Made by a program: the position numbers and the translations under genes
Shown here: piece by piece, positions 55,934-64,000 of the stretch
How the letters are laid out: every line of letters starts with the position of its first letter
How positions within the stretch are numbered: position 1 is the stretch's first letter
DNA from: Escherichia coli
Lineage (GTDB): Bacteria > Pseudomonadota > Gammaproteobacteria > Enterobacterales > Enterobacteriaceae
Reading direction: 5' to 3' (one strand)
Assembly: GCF_003991155.1 (NCBI RefSeq)
Contig: NZ_CP031293.1
DNA: 64,000 nucleotides
Notes under the pieces: generated by a model
What the model saw: the letters and a program-made list of their open reading frames with translations, nothing else
Database searches by the model: none
What the model was told of the DNA's origin: nothing

Positions 55934-56832
55934 TGGACTTTCCGCAGCAACTCGAAGCCTGCGTTAAGCAGGCCAACCAGGCGCTGAGCCGTTTTATCGC
56001 CCCACTGCCCTTTCAGAACACTCCCGTGGTCGAAACCATGCAGTATGGCGCATTATTAGGTGGTAAGCGCCTGCGACCTTTCCTGGTTTATGCCACCGGT
56101 CATATGTTCGGCGTTAGCACAAACACGCTGGACGCACCCGCTGCCGCCGTTGAGTGTATCCACGCTTACTCATTAATTCATGATGATTTACCGGCGATGG
56201 ATGATGACGATCTGCGTCGCGGTTTGCCGACCTGCCATGTGAAGTTTGGCGAAGCGAACGCGATTCTCGCTGGCGATGCTTTACAAACGCTGGCGTTCTC
56301 GATTTTAAGCGATGCTGATATGCCGGAAGTGTCGGATCGCGACAGAATTTCGATGATTTCTGAACTGGCGAGCGCCAGCGGTATTGCCGGAATGTGCGGT
56401 GGTCAGGCATTAGATTTAGACGCGGAAGGCAAACACGTACCTCTGGAGGCGCTTGAGCGTATTCATCGTCATAAAACCGGCGCATTGATTCGCGCCGCCG
56501 TTCGCCTTGGTGCATTAAGCGCCGGAGATAAAGGACGTCGTGCTCTGCCAGTACTCGACAAGTACGCAGAGAGCATCGGCCTTGCCTTCCAGGTTCAGGA
56601 TGACATCCTGGATGTGGTGGGAGATACTGCAACGTTGGGAAAACGCCAGGGTGCCGACCAGCAACTTGGTAAAAGTACCTACCCTGCACTTCTGGGTCTT
56701 GAGCAAGCCCGGAAGAAAGCCCGGGATCTGATCGACGATGCCCGTCAGTCGCTGAAACAACTGGCTGAACAGTCACTCGATACCTCGGCACTGGAAGCGC
56801 TAGCGGACTACATCATCCAGCGTAATAAATAA
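55933..56832 (+). CDS. ispA: Farnesyl diphosphate synthase
   Basis: 299-aa ORF with FARM motif LIHDDLPAMDDDDLRRG and second aspartate-rich motif FQVQDDILD; start overlaps the xseB stop (TAATG). Confidence 0.96.
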   Translation: MDFPQQLEACVKQANQALSRFIAPLPFQNTPVVETMQYGALLGGKRLRPFLVYATGHMFGVSTNTLDAPAAAVECIHAYSLIHDDLPAMDDDDLRRGLPTCHVKFGEANAILAGDALQTLAFSILSDADMPEVSDRDRISMISELASASGIAGMCGGQALDLDAEGKHVPLEALERIHRHKTGALIRAAVRLGALSAGDKGRRALPVLDKYAESIGLAFQVQDDILDVVGDTATLGKRQGADQQLGKSTYPALLGLEQARKKARDLIDDARQSLKQLAEQSLDTSALEALADYIIQRNK

Positions 56833-56856
56833 ACAATAAGTATTAATAGGCCCCTG

Positions 56857-58719
<1,863 letters not shown>

Positions 58720-58773
58720 TCCCTACTCCACTCCTGCTATGCTTAAGAAATTATTCATGGCAGGAGTGGCAGC

Positions 58774-59748
58774 ATGCAATACAACCCCTTAGGAAAAACC
58801 GACCTTCGCGTTTCCCGACTTTGCCTCGGCTGTATGACCTTTGGCGAGCCAGATCGCGGTAATCACGCATGGACACTGCCGGAAGAAAGCAGCCGTCCCA
58901 TCATTAAACGCGCGCTGGAAGGCGGCATAAATTTCTTTGATACCGCCAATAGCTATTCCGATGGCAGCAGCGAAGAGATCGTCGGTCGCGCACTGCGGGA
59001 TTTCGCCCGTCGTGAAGACGTGGTCGTTGCGACCAAAGTGTTCCATCGCGTTGGTGATTTACCGGAAGGATTATCCCGTGCACAAATTTTGCGCTCTATC
59101 GACGACAGCCTGCGCCGTCTCGGCATGGATTATGTCGATATCCTGCAAATTCATCGCTGGGATTACAACACGCCGATCGAAGAGACGCTGGAAGCCCTCA
59201 ACGACGTGGTAAAAGCCGGGAAAGCGCGTTATATCGGCGCGTCATCCATGCACGCTTCGCAGTTTGCTCAAGCACTGGAACTACAAAAACAGCACGGCTG
59301 GGCGCAGTTTGTCAGTATGCAGGATCACTACAATCTGATTTATCGTGAAGAAGAGCGCGAGATGCTGCCGCTGTGTTATCAGGAAGGCGTGGCGGTGATT
59401 CCATGGAGCCCGCTGGCGCGGGGCCGTCTGACGCGTCCTTGGGGAGAAACCACCGCACGGCTGGTGTCGGATGAAGTGGGGAAAAATCTCTACCAAGAAA
59501 GCGATGAAAATGACGCACAAATTGCAGAACGCTTAACGGGCGTCAGTGAAGAACTTGGTGCAACACGAGCACAAGTTGCGCTGGCCTGGTTGTTGAGTAA
59601 ACCGGGCATTGCCGCACCGATTATCGGAACTTCGCGGGAAGAACAGCTTGATGAGCTGCTGAACGCGGTGGATATCACTTTAAAGCCGGAACAGATTGCT
59701 GAACTGGAAACGCCGTATAAACCGCATCCGGTAGTAGGATTTAAATAG
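58774..59748 (+). CDS. yajO: Aldo-keto reductase YajO
   Basis: 324-aa ORF MQYNPLGKTDLRVSRLCLGCMTFGEPDRGNHAWTLPEESSRPIIKRALEGGINFFDTANSY. Confidence 0.93.
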   Translation: MQYNPLGKTDLRVSRLCLGCMTFGEPDRGNHAWTLPEESSRPIIKRALEGGINFFDTANSYSDGSSEEIVGRALRDFARREDVVVATKVFHRVGDLPEGLSRAQILRSIDDSLRRLGMDYVDILQIHRWDYNTPIEETLEALNDVVKAGKARYIGASSMHASQFAQALELQKQHGWAQFVSMQDHYNLIYREEEREMLPLCYQEGVAVIPWSPLARGRLTRPWGETTARLVSDEVGKNLYQESDENDAQIAERLTGVSEELGATRAQVALAWLLSKPGIAAPIIGTSREEQLDELLNAVDITLKPEQIAELETPYKPHPVVGFK

Positions 59749-59754
59749 GTATGC

Positions 59755-59790
59755 AGGCCTGATGAGACGTGACAAGCGTCACATCAGGCA
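59755..59790. repeat. REP-like palindromic unit between yajO and pgpA (convergent)
   Basis: AGGCCTGATGAGACGTGACAAGCGTCACATCAGGCA; CCTGATG / CATCAGG arms. Confidence 0.7.
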
Positions 59791-59801
59791 TCGGTGCACA
59801 A

Positions 59802-60320
59802 CTACGACAGAATACCCAGCGGCCAGTGATGTCCAATAAAGTACAGGATGCCTGCGGAAATCACCCCGGCGACAATATCGTCAATCATGATCCCCATGCC
59901 GCCATGTACATTGCGATCAAACCAACGGATCGGCCACGGCTTCCACATATCCAGAATACGGAAAATCACAAACCCGGCGGCAACCCACTGCCAGTCATTG
60001 GTCGGCAGCGCCATGAGCGTGATCCACATACCGATAAATTCGTCCCAGACAATGCTGCCGTGATCGTGCACACCCATGTCTTTCGCCGTTTGATGACAAA
60101 GATACACGCCGATACAGATCCCCAGCATCACCACCAGCGAATAGAGCTGCCAGGGCAAAAAAGTCATCAGATACCAGAACGGAATCGCTGCCAGCGATCC
60201 CATCGTGCCAGGAACGATTGGGCTTAATCCACTTCCGAATCCGACAGCAAGCAGATGCCACGGATTACTCATCTTCAGGCGACTTTTCGCGACATCTTTA
60301 TGGCGTGGCAAAATGGTCAT
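59802..60320 (-). CDS. pgpA: Phosphatidylglycerophosphatase A
   Basis: 172-aa [54 protein letters not shown]; 23-nt overlap with the thiL 3' end. Confidence 0.95.
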   Translation of the reverse strand: MTILPRHKDVAKSRLKMSNPWHLLAVGFGSGLSPIVPGTMGSLAAIPFWYLMTFLPWQLYSLVVMLGICIGVYLCHQTAKDMGVHDHGSIVWDEFIGMWITLMALPTNDWQWVAAGFVIFRILDMWKPWPIRWFDRNVHGGMGIMIDDIVAGVISAGILYFIGHHWPLGILS

Positions 60321-61275
60321 ATCCTTTCCAGTCTAACGTGACAGGTTCGCCGTCACGAATAAAACAAAGCCCTTCGATATCGGCGGTCATTTGCCCGATA
60401 CAGGTAAACGGTACGCCCAGGTGTCCGAGAGCCACATCCAGCGCGCCACGGTTCAGTTCCGGCACAGTGAAACACAACTCGTAATCTTCACCGCCAGAGA
60501 GCGCCCAGCGCAACGCCTGTTCAGGTTCAACATGGCGAGAAAGCGCATCAGAAAACGGCAGCAATGCCAGGTCAATACGTGCGCCGCAGTCGCTGGCTTT
60601 CACGATATGCCCGAGATCGGAAATCAGACCGTCAGAGAGATCGATAGCTGAATTTGCCAGATCGCGCAGTGCCTGCCCCTGTAAAATACGCGGCGATGGA
60701 CGGAGATGACGTTTGATCAAGTAGTCCGCATCTTTAGCATCGGCAACCTGCAAACGGTTTTGCAAAATCGCCAGCCCGGCGGCGCTATCGCCCGGTGTAC
60801 CGGTCACATAGATCCAGTCACCCGGTTTCGCCCCAGCGCGCGTTAAGGCTCGTCCCATCGGAACAAAGCCGTGGATACCCAGCGTCATTGATAATGGCCC
60901 ACGCGTGGTATCGCCGCCAATGAGTTGCATATCGTAATAATTGAGAAGATCAAACAAACTGTCGCTGAAGGACTCAAGCCACGCTTCGTCGACGTCCGGT
61001 AAGGTTAATGCCAGCGTCAGCCAGGCTGGATCGGCCCCCATCGCTGCCAGATCGCTTAGGTTCACCGCCAGTGCTTTATACGCCAGATCAGCAGGATCGA
61101 TATCAGGGAGGAAGTGGTTGCCCGCCACCAGCGTATCAGTGCTGATCGCCAGGGTCTGCTTCTCGGGGATATTGAGAAGTGCGCAATCGTCGCCGATGCC
61201 CAGTTCGACATCAAGACGAGAACTTCTTACACGGTCAAAATAACGGGCAATCAGGGAGAACTCGCCACATGCCAT
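60298..61275 (-). CDS. thiL: Thiamine-monophosphate kinase
   Basis: 325-aa [58 protein letters not shown]. Confidence 0.95.
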   Translation of the reverse strand: MACGEFSLIARYFDRVRSSRLDVELGIGDDCALLNIPEKQTLAISTDTLVAGNHFLPDIDPADLAYKALAVNLSDLAAMGADPAWLTLALTLPDVDEAWLESFSDSLFDLLNYYDMQLIGGDTTRGPLSMTLGIHGFVPMGRALTRAGAKPGDWIYVTGTPGDSAAGLAILQNRLQVADAKDADYLIKRHLRPSPRILQGQALRDLANSAIDLSDGLISDLGHIVKASDCGARIDLALLPFSDALSRHVEPEQALRWALSGGEDYELCFTVPELNRGALDVALGHLGVPFTCIGQMTADIEGLCFIRDGEPVTLDWKGYDHFATP

Positions 61276-61352
61276 ACGTTATGCCTCAGCAGGTAAAAAA
61301 GAAAAGGCCGGCGATCGCGGAACGGTCTTCCGTGAATCTACCGGCCTGGATA

Positions 61353-61772
61353 TCACTTTTTGTTAGGGCGAATCACAGGTGCTGCTTTATCGAGTACGCC
61401 GTTGACGAACTTATGGCTGTCTTCTGCGCCGAACGATTTCGCCAGTTCGATCGCTTCGTTAATGGCCACTTTGTATGGCACATCGCTACGTTTAGACAGC
61501 TCGTACAGCGCAATGCGCAGTACTGCTTTTTCTACCTGGCCCAGTTCTTCCAGCAGGCGGGACAGGTATGGCTTCATCAGTCCGTCGAGGTATGCGGTGT
61601 TAGTCGCCACCCCGGCCAGCAGCTCACGGAAGTACAGGACGTCAACGTCTTTTACATCCTGTTCAGCCAGGAACTGGTATTCAACATCAGCGATGTCGTT
61701 CTGGGACAACTGCCAGGAGTAGAGCGCCTGGACGGCACACTCACGAGCGCGGCGACGAGCAGCAGGTTTCAC
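61353..61772 (-). CDS. nusB: Transcription antitermination factor NusB
   Basis: 139-aa [58 protein letters not shown]. Confidence 0.97.
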
Positions 61773-61791
61773 GGATTTCCCCTTACTAATT

Positions 61792-62262
61792 TCAGGCCTT
61801 GATGGCTTTCAATACATTAATCATTTCAAGCGCGGTCAGTGCAGCTTCTGCACCTTTGTTGCCAGCTTTGGTGCCAGCACGTTCGATCGCTTGTTCAATG
61901 CTTTCAGTGGTCAGAACACCAAAAGCAACCGGAATTTCGCTGTCCTGGGCAACATGCGCCAGGCCGTTGCTTGCACCACCAGCGACATATTCAAAGTGGG
62001 CAGTGCCACCACGAATAACCGTACCCAGCGCAATCACCGCGTCGTATTTACCGGTTTTAGCCAGTGCACCCGCCGCCAGCGGCAGCTCATAGGCACCAGG
62101 CACCCAAACAACGGTAATGTTTTCATCTTTTACCTGACCGATACGTTTCAGTGCGTCAATTGCACCTTCCAGCAGGCTGTCATTGATAAAGTTGTTGAAA
62201 CGCGCGATGGTGATGGCGACGCGAGCGTCCGGGGTAGCAACGTTAGCTTCAATAATGTTCAT
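61792..62262 (-). CDS. ribE: 6,7-dimethyl-8-ribityllumazine synthase
   Basis: ORF 61792..62358; canonical start [42 protein letters not shown] at 62260-62262 (156 aa). Confidence 0.95.
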
Positions 62263-62350
62263 TTTCTTCCTTCGGGTTCGAGTATGGCCCCGCAGGGGGG
62301 CGGATTTTAGCATAATATTTCGTGCTCTGCTTCCCTTTCGAGCCGGGAGA

Positions 62351-63454
62351 TCATGCACCCACTAAATGCAGGCAAACATCCGGGCCTACATGACGTATCT
62401 CTTTGAATTTAAATTGGGGGGCGTCGGCTAATTTCTCAAGCCCTGGCAGCGAGCATAATCCACGGGCGTCGCTGCCTAATAGTTTAGGTGCGATATAGAC
62501 AATCAGCTCATCGACTAACCCCGCCTGTAGCAATGCGCCAGCGAGCGTTGGCCCCGCTTCCACCCAGATGCTGTTAATTTGCTGTTTACCCAGTTGCATC
62601 ATCAGTACAACCAGATCCAGATGACCTTTATGCTCTGGAATCAGCAAGGTACGCACCGTTTCCGGCCACTCACGAGAATCATCCTGAGTACGCGCGAACC
62701 AAGTTTCGCCGGGCTGCTGCACAATGCGATGTTCCGGCGTCACGCGATTTTGGCTATCAATCACAATACGTATCGGCTGACGGAGATTTTGTTGCGGATA
62801 GAGCGCCTGAGTTTGTTCATCCAGTTCAGACCAACGCACTGTTAAGGCTGGATCATCCGCCAGCACCGTGGCGCTGCTGGTTAAAATGGCATGACTTTGT
62901 GCGCGCAGTCGTTGTACGTCGCGCCGCGCCTGAGGCGAAGTGATCCACTGGCTTTCGCCGCTCGCCATCGCCGTGCGGCCATCAAGCGATGCGCCAAGTT
63001 TTAACTGAATATAAGGAAAGCCGGTGCGCATCCGCTTGAGAAAGCCTTTATTCAATTGCTCGGCTTCACTCATCATCAACCCGTGGCTGACGTCAATACC
63101 AGCCTGTTGTAGACGGTAAAGTCCACGCCCAGCGACCTGCGGATTGGGGTCTTGCATTGCAGCAACCACGCGCGCCACGCCCGCAGCAATTAATGCATCA
63201 CAACACGGTGGCGTACGACCATGATGGCTACAGGGTTCGAGTGTGACATACGCCGTTGCGCCTTTGGCTTTTTCGCCGGCCATGCGCAACGCGTGTACCT
63301 CGGCATGCGGTTCACCCGCTCGTTGATGGTAACCTTCACCGACAGTTTCGCCATCTTTGACAATGACGCACCCGACATTCGGGTTGGGATGCGTGGTAAA
63401 ACGTCCTCGTTGCGCCAGCTTTAGCGCCCGCGCCATGTAATACTCGTCCTGCAC
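62351..63454 (-). CDS. ribD: Bifunctional riboflavin biosynthesis deaminase/reductase RibD
   Basis: 367-aa [59 protein letters not shown] (CMP/dCMP deaminase zinc motif HAE...PCxxC). Confidence 0.96.
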
Positions 63455-63457
63455 GGC

Positions 63458-63943
<486 letters not shown>

Positions 63944-64000
63944 TTACCCTGAACTGACGATACAACAAAGGCGCAACGCTTTTGAGATAAAGGATCGATG

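Overview
The window reads as enterobacterial (Escherichia coli-type) core chromosome, from recR/ybaB/dnaX through acrRAB, amtB-glnK, lon-clpXP-tig and cyoABCDE to ribD/nrdR, in the reverse orientation to the usual K-12 map. Almost every long ORF matches a well-known core protein by direct reading of the translation; I adjusted several starts inward from the six-frame track to the canonical N-terminus. Non-coding features I could read directly include 4.5S RNA (ffs), the dnaX programmed -1 frameshift site, the AcrR operator palindrome, a sigma-54 promoter upstream of glnK, five REP-type palindromic clusters and several intrinsic terminators. The one clear departure from core synteny is a roughly 2.3 kb AT-rich insertion between cyoE and yajR (about 48.08-50.37 kb). 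It carries a two-gene operon with overlapping reading frames that reads as a DUF1778 antitoxin plus GNAT acetyltransferase toxin, preceded by a promoter with repeated palindromic operator-like sites. Convergent to it is a gene for a secreted Sel1-repeat protein whose 3' end contains a 22-bp perfect inverted repeat and is followed immediately by an out-of-frame orphan ORF. This islet is the most interesting part of the window. All family assignments are from reading motifs by eye; no database search was run.
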